Positions 12,953 through 22,800 of a stretch of 64,000 nt of DNA are shown here, piece after piece. The DNA is taken from assembly GCA_046290465.1 (NCBI GenBank), contig JBKAGP010000001.1, positions 5,760,001 to 5,824,000 of the forward strand, written 5' to 3'. The position numbers and the translations under genes were made by a program. Source of the stretch: Planctomycetota bacterium. GTDB lineage: Bacteria; Planctomycetota; UBA1135; UBA2386. Every line of letters begins with the position of its first letter. Position 1 is the stretch's first letter. The notes under the pieces are model-generated. The model did no database searches. It saw nothing but the letters and a program-made list of their open reading frames with translations, and was not told the origin of the DNA.

Positions 12953-13549
12953 ATGTTGATCCGTTTCGTAGCCGTTGGCCTGCTCGGCCTTCTCCTGACC
13001 GCCTGCAGCAGCACCCGCGACACCCGCGTCGACCCGGACGCCGCCGACACCGTGACGGGCACCGGCCTGCAGAGCATGGACATCCGCACGATGGCGCAGC
13101 AGATGGCGGCCGACCTGAAGGCCGACGGGATCCTGGCCGGCGGCAAGGAGGGCGAGCGGGTCTCCTTCTACGTGACCGAGATGAAGAACGACAGCTCGGA
13201 CGTGATCGACAAGGAGATCATCCTGCTCAACCTGCGCACCGAGCTGTTCAAGGCCTACGGCCGCCGCGTTCGCTTCCTCGACCGGTCGCCCGAGGCCAAC
13301 GAGATCACCGACGCCGAGCGCCGCATGAAGGACCGCGGCCAGGTTTCGGGCGTCAACGACAAGAAGATCGCCGGCGGCGACTACGTGCTGAAGGGCGTCA
13401 TGAAGAGTCGCGACCGCCAGGCCGGCCGCCTGCGCTCGTCCTACATCAGCGTCACGTTCGAGCTGACGGACCTGGTGACCCAGGAGCTCGCCTGGACCAA
13501 CAACTACGACATGAAGACCGAGTCGGAGAAGTCGGTCATCAACCGCTAG
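12953..13549 (+). CDS. LpoB-like (PBP activator / CsgG superfamily) lipoprotein
   Basis: LLLTAC lipobox; DIRTMAQQM, MKNDSSDVID, GDYVLKG, FELTDLVTQELAW. Confidence 0.8.
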   Translation: MLIRFVAVGLLGLLLTACSSTRDTRVDPDAADTVTGTGLQSMDIRTMAQQMAADLKADGILAGGKEGERVSFYVTEMKNDSSDVIDKEIILLNLRTELFKAYGRRVRFLDRSPEANEITDAERRMKDRGQVSGVNDKKIAGGDYVLKGVMKSRDRQAGRLRSSYISVTFELTDLVTQELAWTNNYDMKTESEKSVINR

Positions 13550-13556
13550 TTCCGTC

Positions 13557-14807
13557 GTGCCCCGCACCGCCCCGTTGCGCTCGCTGCTGCTGATCCTCTG
13601 CGCGTCGCTGGTCGCGACCGGCTGCTCGATCTCGCAGCCGGACGTGCCGGTGCGTCGCTTCCTCGGCGGCGACTTCGAAGCGGTGCGCGCGTTCGCCGAG
13701 CGGGAGACCGTCGACGGCGACCCCGAGAACCTGGCGCTGCTGCTCAACGTGCAGGGCCAGTGCGAGCTCTACCTCGGCGACGACGCCGCGGCGCGTCGCA
13801 CGCTGCTGCGCGCGGCGCAGATTATGGGCACCTGGGCGACCAGCGGCGGCGAGGCGACCGCCGCGATCGTCGGCAGCGAGAGCAGCAAGACCTACAAGGG
13901 CGACCCGTTCGAGAAGGCGATGAACGCCTTCTACCTGGCCTGCGCCTACCTGCAGAAGGGCGAGCCCGACAACGCCCGCGCGGCGCTGAAGCGCGGCATC
14001 CTGATGGACGCCGAGGTCGGCGACGAGAAGTACCAGGCCGACAACGCGCTGCTGTTCTGGATGGCCGGGCGGATGAGCAAGCTCTACGGCGGCAGCGGCG
14101 CCGACGACTTCTACCGGGAGGCGCGCGAAGCCAACCGGTTTGCGATCGAGCACGGTTCCCGCGGCGACCCCGACAACCCGGTGCTCGCCGACCCCGCAGC
14201 CGGCAACCTGGTGCTGCTGCTGCCGATCGGCCTCGGCCCCGAGAAGTACGGCGATGGCAGCGAACAGGAGCTCGCGCGCTACCGGGCGCAGTCGCACCCT
14301 GCCGTCTCGGCGGTCGCGTCGATCGACGGCCGGCCGATCGGCGGCGCGACGATCCTCAACGACGTCGTCTACCAGGCCCAGACGCTCGGCGGCACCGCGA
14401 TGGAGGGGATCCGCAAGGGCAAGGCGGTGTTCAAGCGTTCGTCGCGGATCTCGGGCGCGATCCTGCTCAACGAGGGCATCCGCAACCGCAACCGCAACAA
14501 GGACAAGGCGCGGGCGCAGGCGATCGCCGGCGGCGCGCTGCTGCTGCTCAGCGTGCTGACGTCGACGGCGGCCGACGTGCGCCACTGGCCGACGCTGCCG
14601 TCGACCGTGCAGGTGATCACCGCCGACGTGCCGCCCGGGCGACACGAACTGGTGGTCGACTTCGTCGACGGTCGCGGCCGTCCGCTGCAGGGGCTGCAAC
14701 ACCGCCTCGTCATCGAGGTTCCGCAGTCGGGCGAAGCCTGGCTGCTGGTCCCGTCGCTGCCGCAGCCGCCGCCGGCGTCGTCCCAACCCGCACCCCCTCG
14801 GCCGTGA
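13557..14807 (+). CDS. COG3014-like TPR lipoprotein
   Basis: LVATGC lipobox; YKGDPFEKAM, ADVRHWPTLPSTVQV; next to the LpoB-like gene. Confidence 0.78.
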   Translation: MPRTAPLRSLLLILCASLVATGCSISQPDVPVRRFLGGDFEAVRAFAERETVDGDPENLALLLNVQGQCELYLGDDAAARRTLLRAAQIMGTWATSGGEATAAIVGSESSKTYKGDPFEKAMNAFYLACAYLQKGEPDNARAALKRGILMDAEVGDEKYQADNALLFWMAGRMSKLYGGSGADDFYREAREANRFAIEHGSRGDPDNPVLADPAAGNLVLLLPIGLGPEKYGDGSEQELARYRAQSHPAVSAVASIDGRPIGGATILNDVVYQAQTLGGTAMEGIRKGKAVFKRSSRISGAILLNEGIRNRNRNKDKARAQAIAGGALLLLSVLTSTAADVRHWPTLPSTVQVITADVPPGRHELVVDFVDGRGRPLQGLQHRLVIEVPQSGEAWLLVPSLPQPPPASSQPAPPRP

Positions 14808-14883
14808 CCCTGCAACCCCATCGCGGCGCCTGCGCTGACCCGCGCCGCGCCGCCCGGACATCCCTCCTGGTCGCCACCACGAC

Positions 14884-16116
14884 ATGAACACCACCTCCAA
14901 CTTGGTCTGCTCCGTCCTCCTCGCGGCTGCCGTTCCGGCCGTCGCCGCCGTCCCCGCCCAGGAAGCGCCGCAGGCAAAGGCTGCCGAGGATGCGCGCAAG
15001 GATGCCTGGAGCGAGGGCTTCGGCCGCGCGCCGAGCTACCGTTCGGCGCTGGCGCAGGCGCTCGAGGACGCGGTCGCCAAGGCCAAGGGGGTGGAGGTCG
15101 CGCGCGGGCCGTCGATCCGCAGCCGGCTGGCGGTCGTCGCCGAGCACGAGGACGGCGAGCAGCGGGGCTTCTTCGACGGCGAGGCCGAGAACGAGCGCGA
15201 GTGGGTGCAGCAGCAGATCGCCGGCTTCGTGCGCAGCTACGAGGTCGACAAGAAGGCCAAGGCCGACGACCGGATGTGGGAGGTGAGCGTGCGCGCGCTG
15301 GTCGCCGGGCTCGACCACCTGGCCTCCGAGCTGGTCATCGAACTGCAGGACAACGACCTGCGCAGCTGGCAGCTCGAGCGCTTCGAGGAGGGCGGCCCCG
15401 GCCGCGCGTTCGATCGGCGCAAGGGCCGCTTCCAGGGGCCGAAGATCGGCGAGTACCTGCGTCGCAGCGGCGCCGTCAAGGTCACCGGCAGCGGCAAGGG
15501 CGTGAACGTTCGCACGGGCACCGAGCGCACCCAGCGCGAGAAGGCCGGCCACCAGCTGATCGCCTCGCACCGCGTGGTGATCGAATGGCAGCCGCTGGTC
15601 GTGCAGTCGCTGGTCGAGAAGCCCAACAAGGCGCGTCCGACCAAGGGGCCGCGGCCCGAGTACATGAGCGGCGGCGCGGTCACCGTCACGCTGAAGGTCG
15701 AGGACCTGGTGCACGACGTCGTGCTGCTCGACGAGACGTTCTCGGTGCCGGCGGACAAGCCGTCGCAGTGGTCGGCGGACCGGCTCGACGCGTTCGTCAC
15801 CGATCTGGTCGACAAGGCCAAGGGCGAGGTCGCGAAGAAGGTGTTCTTCACGCTGCGGCCGCCCGTGGTGATGCGCAAGTGGGCCGGCGACGGCGGCGCC
15901 TGGTTCGTCGAGGCGCGCATGAGTAAGCGGGTCGCCGCCGGCTTCCGCAAGTTCACCGTCGGCAACGACGGTTCGCTGGCCAACCCCGACTGGCAGGACC
16001 TCGCCACCGCGACGCTGGTCGGCGGCAGCGCCCAGTCCTGCACCTTCCGTCTGGCCGACGTCGCCGATGCCTCGCACATCGTTGCCGACGTCAGCCAGGT
16101 CCGTCCCGTCCGGTAG
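14884..16116 (+). CDS. Exported protein with FlgT-N/LPP20-like N-terminal domain
   Basis: Signal peptide; EGFG...ALAQALEDAVAKAKGVEV...GFVRSYEV...EVSVRALV. Confidence 0.6.
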   Translation: MNTTSNLVCSVLLAAAVPAVAAVPAQEAPQAKAAEDARKDAWSEGFGRAPSYRSALAQALEDAVAKAKGVEVARGPSIRSRLAVVAEHEDGEQRGFFDGEAENEREWVQQQIAGFVRSYEVDKKAKADDRMWEVSVRALVAGLDHLASELVIELQDNDLRSWQLERFEEGGPGRAFDRRKGRFQGPKIGEYLRRSGAVKVTGSGKGVNVRTGTERTQREKAGHQLIASHRVVIEWQPLVVQSLVEKPNKARPTKGPRPEYMSGGAVTVTLKVEDLVHDVVLLDETFSVPADKPSQWSADRLDAFVTDLVDKAKGEVAKKVFFTLRPPVVMRKWAGDGGAWFVEARMSKRVAAGFRKFTVGNDGSLANPDWQDLATATLVGGSAQSCTFRLADVADASHIVADVSQVRPVR

Positions 16117-16145
16117 CCGCCGCCACCCGGCGCAACGATCCAACC

Positions 16146-16562
16146 ATGAACGTCCTGCTCAAGCTCGCAAGCCTCTCCGCCCTGACCTTCCTCGCCGCGT
16201 GCGGCGGCACCCGGCCGTGGGCCGCGCTGCCGATCGAGGACGATGCCGAGATGGTCTCCAACGTCGTCATCACCGACGGCGACCTCTACGACGACATCCG
16301 CGTCGGCCGTGCCGGGGTCGAGCGCATCGAGACCAGCAACCAGCTCAAGGTGATGGTCCCGATCCGCAACATCTCGGACCGCACGCTGCAGATCCGCGTG
16401 CAGACGAGCTTCCTCAACCTGCAGAAGCAGCCGATCGGGGACGATACCAACCAGCAGGTCCAGATCCTGAGCCCCGGCATGACGGTCACGCACACCGCGG
16501 TGTCGAAGAAGACCGAGGCGCGCGACTGGACCATGCGCATCATCCCGAACAACAAGTCATGA
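16146..16562 (+). CDS. YcfL/DUF1425 family lipoprotein
   Basis: FLAAC lipobox; LKVMVPIRNISDRTLQIRVQTSF, LSPG, ARDWTMRI. Confidence 0.8.
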   Translation: MNVLLKLASLSALTFLAACGGTRPWAALPIEDDAEMVSNVVITDGDLYDDIRVGRAGVERIETSNQLKVMVPIRNISDRTLQIRVQTSFLNLQKQPIGDDTNQQVQILSPGMTVTHTAVSKKTEARDWTMRIIPNNKS

Positions 16563-17098
16563 ACCCGACCCGCTGCCTGTTGCCGTCGTTGCTGATCGCG
16601 CTCGTCGCGACTGCCTGTGCTGGCCCGGCGCCGCTGCCGCGCCAGCCGCTGGCTCCGGCGGCCGCGCCGACCACCGGGCCCGCCGGCGAAGACGGCCTCG
16701 TCGAGCGGGGCTTCTTCGAGCGGGGCCGCGTGCGGGCCGAGGCGGCCGAGCGGCTCACGCCGGCCGCTCCGACGACCGTGCCGGCCGAGCCGATCGAACC
16801 CAACCCCGCGCGGCCGGCGGCGCCGGTGTTCCGCTCGTTCGTCGAGACGGTCGAGGTTCCCGTCGAGCGGGTCGTCGAGGTCGAGGTCCAGCCGCGCCGC
16901 TACGACCGCTACGACGCCTACGTCGGCAGCCGCCGCGCCTACCGGCGGCGCGGCACCACGCCGTTCCCGATCGGCACCGCCATCGGTGCGGGGGTCGGCG
17001 CGATCGTCGGCCACCAGGACGGTCGCCGCGGTCGCGGGGCGCTGATCGGCAGCGGCATCGGCCTGCTGTTCGACCTCGATCGCTGGTCGCGCTGGTAG
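16559..17098 (+). CDS. Glycine-zipper lipoprotein
   Basis: VATAC lipobox, Pro-rich linker, TAIGAGVGAIVGHQ...GALIGSGIGLL; ATG overlaps the upstream stop. Confidence 0.75.
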   Translation: MNPTRCLLPSLLIALVATACAGPAPLPRQPLAPAAAPTTGPAGEDGLVERGFFERGRVRAEAAERLTPAAPTTVPAEPIEPNPARPAAPVFRSFVETVEVPVERVVEVEVQPRRYDRYDAYVGSRRAYRRRGTTPFPIGTAIGAGVGAIVGHQDGRRGRGALIGSGIGLLFDLDRWSRW

Positions 17099-17114
17099 CG
17101 AGGGCGACGCACGC

Positions 17115-18578
17115 CTAGAGCTGTCGCGGCACCAGTTCGACCTCGACCAGGTCGAGCCAGAAGTCGGCCGGATCGCCGTCCTCGAGGTCGGCGATGACCG
17201 TGAACTGGAAGTCGCCCTCCTTGCTGACGTGCCGCAGGCTCGACGTGCGGAACGTGACCTCCTGCTCGGTCGTCGACGTCGGCGTGAACTCGATCGCTGT
17301 GTCGTAGCGGTTGTCGGCGAGGTTGCGCACCGACATGCGCAGCACCGGCTCGCCGTCGACGCGCGACACCCGGGCCTGCGCGCGCACCCGCACCTCGAAG
17401 ACGTGCTCGGGCTGTTCGACCGGCAGCGATACGCGGCAGTTGATGCCGGCGATCTGCCGGCCGCCGCTCGCGGTCGTGCGCAGGTAGTACTCGTTGCCGT
17501 CGTCGTCCTCGATCTGCGACAGCGCGCCGAACGCGCCGGACGCCAGCACGATCACGATGTTGGCCGCGGTGATGTCGAGCCGCTGCGGTGTGCCGGCGGT
17601 CTCGGCGGCCGGCTGGTCCGGCAGGAAGGCGAGGCCGCCGTAGATCCAGCGCTCGTCCGGCCACAGCAGCGTCGGTTCGCCGGCCGTGCCGGGCGCGTGC
17701 GCGAGCCGCAGCGTCTGGCGGCCGGCGCCCGGCTCGGCGAGCCCGAACCACAGCCGGTCCTGCTGCGGGTCGAAGCGCGGCCACGCCACTTCGCCATCGG
17801 GGGCGAGCCGCACCGTGACCACGCCGCTCGCCACGTCGACGACGCACAGGCTGGCGAGCTGCTCGGACGTGCGGCGCACGAACACGATCTGCGCGCCGTC
17901 CGGGGAGAACGCCGGCTGCCGGTCGCCGTTGCCGCTGCCGACGGTCGCGCCGCCGTCGGTCAGCTGCACTTCGCCGAAGCCGCCGCCGCTGGCCAGGTAG
18001 AGCGTATGGCGGCCGTCCTGGTCGGCGCGGCTGAACACCACCTGGTCGCTGGCGGCCGACCAGTCCGGCTCGCCGTCGGCGAAGCCCATCGGCACCGGCA
18101 CGAACGGCTGCGCGTCGGCGCCGGTGTCGGTGCAGGTCCACAGCTGCGGCTCGCCGTCGCGTTCGCTGACGAACAGCACGCGGCTGCCGTCGGGCGACCA
18201 GACCGGGTGGTCGTCGCGTGCGCCGTTGTTGCTCAGGCGCAGTTCGCCCGAGCTGCCGTCGATCGACGACACGAACAGCTCGCGGCTCGACGGCTGGTCG
18301 TTCTGGCGTTCCCTTGCGAACACGACCCGCGCGCCGTCGGGGTGCAGCGCCGGGCGTGACTCGAAGCCGGTGCGGTCGGCGACGCGGCCGGTGCCGAGGT
18401 TGCGGTACGAGCGCAGCGCCAGCTCGGCGAAGCGGTGCGGCGAGTCGACGCGGGCGCGGCTGACCAGCAGCGCCGGCGGGCCTTCGATCGCCAGCGCCGT
18501 GCCGCCGCCGCCGCCACCGCCGCAGGCGGCGAGCGTCGACGAGATGGCGGCGAGCAGGCTTCGGTGGCGCAGCGACAT
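17115..18578 (-). CDS. TolB-like PD40 beta-propeller lipoprotein with extra C-terminal domain
   Basis: TLAAC-GGGGGGG lipobox; repeated P-x-W/F-SPDG (HPDG, WSPDG, FSPDG). Confidence 0.85.
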   Translation of the reverse strand: MSLRHRSLLAAISSTLAACGGGGGGGTALAIEGPPALLVSRARVDSPHRFAELALRSYRNLGTGRVADRTGFESRPALHPDGARVVFARERQNDQPSSRELFVSSIDGSSGELRLSNNGARDDHPVWSPDGSRVLFVSERDGEPQLWTCTDTGADAQPFVPVPMGFADGEPDWSAASDQVVFSRADQDGRHTLYLASGGGFGEVQLTDGGATVGSGNGDRQPAFSPDGAQIVFVRRTSEQLASLCVVDVASGVVTVRLAPDGEVAWPRFDPQQDRLWFGLAEPGAGRQTLRLAHAPGTAGEPTLLWPDERWIYGGLAFLPDQPAAETAGTPQRLDITAANIVIVLASGAFGALSQIEDDDGNEYYLRTTASGGRQIAGINCRVSLPVEQPEHVFEVRVRAQARVSRVDGEPVLRMSVRNLADNRYDTAIEFTPTSTTEQEVTFRTSSLRHVSKEGDFQFTVIADLEDGDPADFWLDLVEVELVPRQL

Positions 18579-18623
18579 GGGGTCATCGTAGCGCGCTGCC
18601 GCGACAGCCGGTATGACGCGGGG

Positions 18624-19661
18624 GTGCGTGTCTCGGAGTTCGCGTTCGACCTGCCGCAAGAACTGATCGCCGATCGCTCGGTGGAACCGCGCGATCAGGC
18701 GCGCCTGTTCGTGCACGACCGGGGCCGCGGGCAGAGCCAGCATCGGGTCGTCGCCGACCTGCCGGAGCTGCTCGCGCCCGGCGACCTGCTCGTGCTCAAC
18801 GACACGCGGGTGCGGCCGTGGCGCCTGCGCGGCCGCCGCGAGACCGGCGGCGCGGTCGAGTGCCTGCTGCTGCGGCTCGATGGTGAGGTCGGCGAGGCGT
18901 TCGTCAAGCCGTCCAAGAAGCTGAAGGTCGGCGACGAACTGCCGATGGAGGACGGCAGCGTCACGGTCGAACTGCTGCAGGCGTTGGGCGGTGGTCGCTG
19001 GCAGCTGCGCGTGCGGGCCCGCGGCGGCGACGTGGTCGGCGCGCTCGAGCGCTGCGGCCGGGCACCGCTGCCGCCATACGTCGAGCGTCCCGCCGACGAG
19101 GACGTCGCCGGCGATCGCGCGCGCTACCAGACGATGTTCGCCAGCAAGCCCGGCGCGGTCGCCGCGCCGACCGCGGGGCTGCACTTCACCGAGTCGCTGT
19201 TCGAACGGCTCGCGCAGCGCGGCGTCGAACGCGCGTTCGTGACGCTGCACGTCGGCGAGGGCACGTTTGCGCCGATGCGCAGCGAGGTCGTCGAGGAGCA
19301 CCGCATGCACGAGGAGGTCTACGAACTGCCGCCGGAGACCGCCGCCGCGGTGCAGCGCACGCGGGAGCGCGGCGGTCGCGTCGTGGCCGTCGGGACCACC
19401 AGTTGCCGGACGCTCGAGACCTGCGCCAACGACGACGGCACCGTGACGCCGGGCCGCGGCGTGTCGGACCTGTTCTTGTATCCGGGTCGCAGCTTCCGCT
19501 GCGTCGACGCGCTGCTGACCAACTTCCACCTGCCGGAGTCGACGCTGGTGATGCTGGTGGCGGCGTTCGTCGGCCACCGGGAGACGCTGGCGCTCTACCG
19601 CGAGGCGATCGAACGGCGCTACCGGTTCTACTCGTTCGGCGACGCGATGCTGCTGCTGTGA
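18624..19661 (+). CDS. queA: S-adenosylmethionine:tRNA ribosyltransferase-isomerase
   Basis: FDLPQELIA, LNDTRV, PLPPY, AAPTAGLHFT, LHVGEGTF, TNFHLPESTL, YRFYSFGDAML. Confidence 0.97.
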   Translation: MRVSEFAFDLPQELIADRSVEPRDQARLFVHDRGRGQSQHRVVADLPELLAPGDLLVLNDTRVRPWRLRGRRETGGAVECLLLRLDGEVGEAFVKPSKKLKVGDELPMEDGSVTVELLQALGGGRWQLRVRARGGDVVGALERCGRAPLPPYVERPADEDVAGDRARYQTMFASKPGAVAAPTAGLHFTESLFERLAQRGVERAFVTLHVGEGTFAPMRSEVVEEHRMHEEVYELPPETAAAVQRTRERGGRVVAVGTTSCRTLETCANDDGTVTPGRGVSDLFLYPGRSFRCVDALLTNFHLPESTLVMLVAAFVGHRETLALYREAIERRYRFYSFGDAMLLL

Positions 19662-19713
19662 GCGCTGCCGTTGCTGCGGGATCTGGCCGCGAACGCCTCC
19701 GTGCACGAACGCG

Positions 19714-20322
19714 TCAGCGCACGGCGTGCAGCAGTTCGCGAACGGCCGTCGCCGGGTCGTCGTGCTGCAGCACGTAGCTGCTGACGGCGACGCGACGCAC
19801 GCCGGCAATCGCCAGCTGCAGCAGGTTGTCCGGGGTGACGCCGCCGATCGCGAACATCGGCAGCGACAGGTCGTCGCACAGCTCGGCCGCGGCGGCGATG
19901 GCGTCGTGGCCGAGGCCCTCCTGGTAGCCCTTGGTGGCGGTCGCGTGGCACGGGCCGAAGCCGACGTAGTCGGCGCGCGCGGCGTGCGCGGCCTGGATCT
20001 GCTTCAGGTCGTGCGTGCTGACGCCGAGCAGCCGGCCGAACATCAGCTTGCGCGCCGCGTCGGCCGGCATGTCGTCCTGGCCGACGTGCGCGCCGGGACA
20101 CTCGCTGCGCAGCGCCAGCATCACGTCGTCGTTGACGATCAGCGGCACGCTGCGATGGAGGCAACGTTCGCGCACGCGTTCGAAGCGGCTGCGATCGGGC
20201 GCCTTGCTGCGCCACTGCACCAGGTCCACGCCGGCCTCCAGGGCCGCGTCCAGGGTTTCGAGCGGGTCGTGCCGGCACAGCTCCGGCGTGAACAACAGAT
20301 ACAGGCGACCAGGCAGGGGCAT
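19714..20322 (-). CDS. thiE: Thiamine-phosphate synthase
   Basis: VQWRSK, LIVNDD, HVGQDD, GVSTH, DYVGFGP, TATK, AIGGVT. Confidence 0.93.
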   Translation of the reverse strand: MPLPGRLYLLFTPELCRHDPLETLDAALEAGVDLVQWRSKAPDRSRFERVRERCLHRSVPLIVNDDVMLALRSECPGAHVGQDDMPADAARKLMFGRLLGVSTHDLKQIQAAHAARADYVGFGPCHATATKGYQEGLGHDAIAAAAELCDDLSLPMFAIGGVTPDNLLQLAIAGVRRVAVSSYVLQHDDPATAVRELLHAVR

Positions 20323-20373
20323 CGGGGCGGAGCAAACTAGCTCCAGGTCCGGCTTGGGCGTAGTCTTTGGTCC

Positions 20374-21003
20374 GTGTTCGTCGACGCGGTCTGGGCAAAC
20401 GTGCTGGTGTTCGCGGTGGGACAGGCCTTTGCTTGGCTCTACGCGCGCAGCGGCAGGTTCTGGCTCGGTGCCGGTGCGACCGTGACGCTCTGGGTCGCCG
20501 CGGACTGGTGGCTCGTCGGTCGCTACCTGCTCGGCGCGTCGGCCGCGGAACAGGCGCTGCCGGTGGCGATCCTGCAGTTGACCTCGGTCGCGACCACCGG
20601 CGCCTTCCTGTGGGCGCAGGTCCGCCGTCGACAGGGACGCGCGACGCGCGCCGAACGGCACCGTCACGCGATCCAGCGCATGCTCGCCGGGGACCACGAC
20701 GCCGCGGTCGCGACGTTCCGTCAGCTGGTCTGGAGCGACGGCTGGGATGCGGCCGCGTGGGTCGGCCTCGGCGACGCGCTGCGGCGCGCCGGCGACGTCA
20801 CCGCGGCACGCCGCAGCTACGCGCGCGCCGATGCCGTCGACCTCGCCAACGCCTTCGCCGACCTGCTGTCGCATCGCCGCCAGCTGCTCGATCGTCCGCA
20901 GCGGCAGAAGAAAACCGCACCGCCCACTGGCGGGCCCGAGGTCGCAGGCGGCCGGAAGGGGCAGCGGAGAAAGGCCGCTGCCAAGGCCCGATCCGCCGGC
21001 TGA
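20374..21003 (+). CDS. Membrane protein with C-terminal TPR
   Basis: Three TM segments, then AAWVGLGDALRRAGDVTAARRSYARA. Confidence 0.72.
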   Translation: MFVDAVWANVLVFAVGQAFAWLYARSGRFWLGAGATVTLWVAADWWLVGRYLLGASAAEQALPVAILQLTSVATTGAFLWAQVRRRQGRATRAERHRHAIQRMLAGDHDAAVATFRQLVWSDGWDAAAWVGLGDALRRAGDVTAARRSYARADAVDLANAFADLLSHRRQLLDRPQRQKKTAPPTGGPEVAGGRKGQRRKAAAKARSAG

Positions 21004-21120
21004 AGGTCGGTTTTTGTCCGGGCGGCGGTGTGGCACGACGCGCCGTCCGCGTTGCCTGGGACAACCGTGACACGCCTGTGACGCGGTGCTGATACCTTTC
21101 TCTGCCCTCCCTCCATCGTC

Positions 21121-22767
21121 ATGCGCTTCGTAGCCCTTCTCGCGTTCTCCGCCTCGCTGGCGGCCCAAGGTCCTGGTGGTGGCGGCGGCGGCCCGCCGCC
21201 GGCCCTGCCGCCCGTACCGGTGCCGGCCCAGAACCCGATCACGCCGGCCAAGGCCGTGCTCGGCAAGCTGCTGTTCTGGGAGGAGCAGCTGTCGTCGAAC
21301 AACCGCGTCGCGTGCGGCACCTGCCACCGCTTCGAGGCCGGCGGCGGCGACCTGCGCCGCAACCTCAACCCCGGCGTCGACGGCGTGCAGAACACGCCGG
21401 ACGACATCTTCGCGTCGCCGGGACTGCGCCGCAGCGACGACGACAACCACTACATCCCGGACCCGCGCTTCGGCTTCAACAACCAGGTCACCGACCGTCA
21501 GTCGCAGTCGTTCGTGACCGCCGCGTGGTTCACCGACCTGTTCTGGGACGGCCGCGCCGACACGACCTTCGTCGACCCGGACACCGGCAGCGTGCTGATC
21601 CCGCAGGGCGGCGGCCTCGAGAGCCAGGCCGTCGGCCCGGTGCTGTCGTCGGTCGAGATGGCGCACGACGTCCGGCTGTGGTCGCAGGTGACGTCGAAGC
21701 TCGCGACTGCGCGGCCGATGGTCCTGGCGAGCAACCTGCCGGCCGACATGGCGGCGGCGATCGCCAACGACGCGACCTACCCCGACCTGTTCCTGGCGGC
21801 GTTCGGCACGCCCGACATCACCGCCGCGCGCATCGGCCTGGCGCTGGCGACCTACCAGCGCACGCTGGTGCCCGACCAGTCGCCGTACGACCAGTTTGCC
21901 GCCGGCAACCCGGCGGCGATGACGCAGCAGCAGCACCAGGGCTTCATGGTCTTCACCGGTCCCGGCCGCTGCGTGATCTGCCACAGCGGCGGCCTGACCG
22001 CGGACGACCAGTTCCACAACCTGGGCCTGCGTCCGATCGCCGAGGACAACGGCCGCCAGAGCGTCACCAACGCCCCGGCCGACGCCGGCCGCTTCAAGAC
22101 GCCGTCGCTGCGCAACGTCGGGCTGCGCAACAGCTTCATGCACAACGGCCAGTTCACGACGCTGGCGCAGGTGGTGGGCTTCTACAACGGCGGCGGCGGC
22201 CCGTTCCCGCAGAACAAGGACCCGCAGCTGATCCCGCTCGGCCTGAGCCCGCAGCAGCAGGCCAACCTGGTCGCGTTCGTGTCGACGGCGCTGACCGACC
22301 CGCGCGTCGCGCAGGGCCTGCCGCCGTTCGACCGGCCGACGCTCTACAGCGAGACGACGCCGAGCCAGGGGCAGCAGGCCGGCGCTCCGACCGCCGGCAG
22401 CGGCAACCAGTTCCCGCTGATGCTCGCCGGCGTGCCGGCCAACCTCGGCAACCCGGAGTTCAAGCTCGGCATGTTCAACGGCCTCGGCGGTGCGCCGGTC
22501 ACGCTCGTGGTCAGCACCGGGCTGGCGTTCGCCAGCGTCAACGGCATCAACGTCAACGTCGACCTCAATGGCAGCGAACTGCTGATCCCCGGCGTGCTGG
22601 GCGGCACGGCCGGCGTCGTCGGGGACGGCTACGGCACGCTCGCGGTCGGGTTGCCGAACGCACCGTTCCTGGCCGGGCTGTCGCTCTACGCGCAGTGGTT
22701 CGTCTGGGATGCGGGCGCGCCCAACGGCGCCGCCTCGACCCGCAGCGCGCGCCTGCAGCTGTTCTAG
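21121..22767 (+). CDS. Exported diheme cytochrome c peroxidase-family protein (MauG-like) with C-terminal beta-rich extension
   Basis: Signal peptide; CGTCH and CVICH; LGKLLF, FWDGRA, FKTPSLRNV, FMHNG...FY. Confidence 0.92.
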   Translation: MRFVALLAFSASLAAQGPGGGGGGPPPALPPVPVPAQNPITPAKAVLGKLLFWEEQLSSNNRVACGTCHRFEAGGGDLRRNLNPGVDGVQNTPDDIFASPGLRRSDDDNHYIPDPRFGFNNQVTDRQSQSFVTAAWFTDLFWDGRADTTFVDPDTGSVLIPQGGGLESQAVGPVLSSVEMAHDVRLWSQVTSKLATARPMVLASNLPADMAAAIANDATYPDLFLAAFGTPDITAARIGLALATYQRTLVPDQSPYDQFAAGNPAAMTQQQHQGFMVFTGPGRCVICHSGGLTADDQFHNLGLRPIAEDNGRQSVTNAPADAGRFKTPSLRNVGLRNSFMHNGQFTTLAQVVGFYNGGGGPFPQNKDPQLIPLGLSPQQQANLVAFVSTALTDPRVAQGLPPFDRPTLYSETTPSQGQQAGAPTAGSGNQFPLMLAGVPANLGNPEFKLGMFNGLGGAPVTLVVSTGLAFASVNGINVNVDLNGSELLIPGVLGGTAGVVGDGYGTLAVGLPNAPFLAGLSLYAQWFVWDAGAPNGAASTRSARLQLF

Positions 22768-22800
22768 TCCCGCTGCCAGGCCTCTGGCCGCGCCGGTCCG

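Noticed and set aside
20988..21015. Intrinsic terminator after the TPR gene
   Set aside because: A T-tract is present but the stem is short, imperfect and overlaps the coding end
21030..21084. Sigma54-like TGGCACG and GTGAC direct repeats upstream of the peroxidase
   Set aside because: No GC at the -12 position with correct spacing; the repeats are too short to be significant at this GC content
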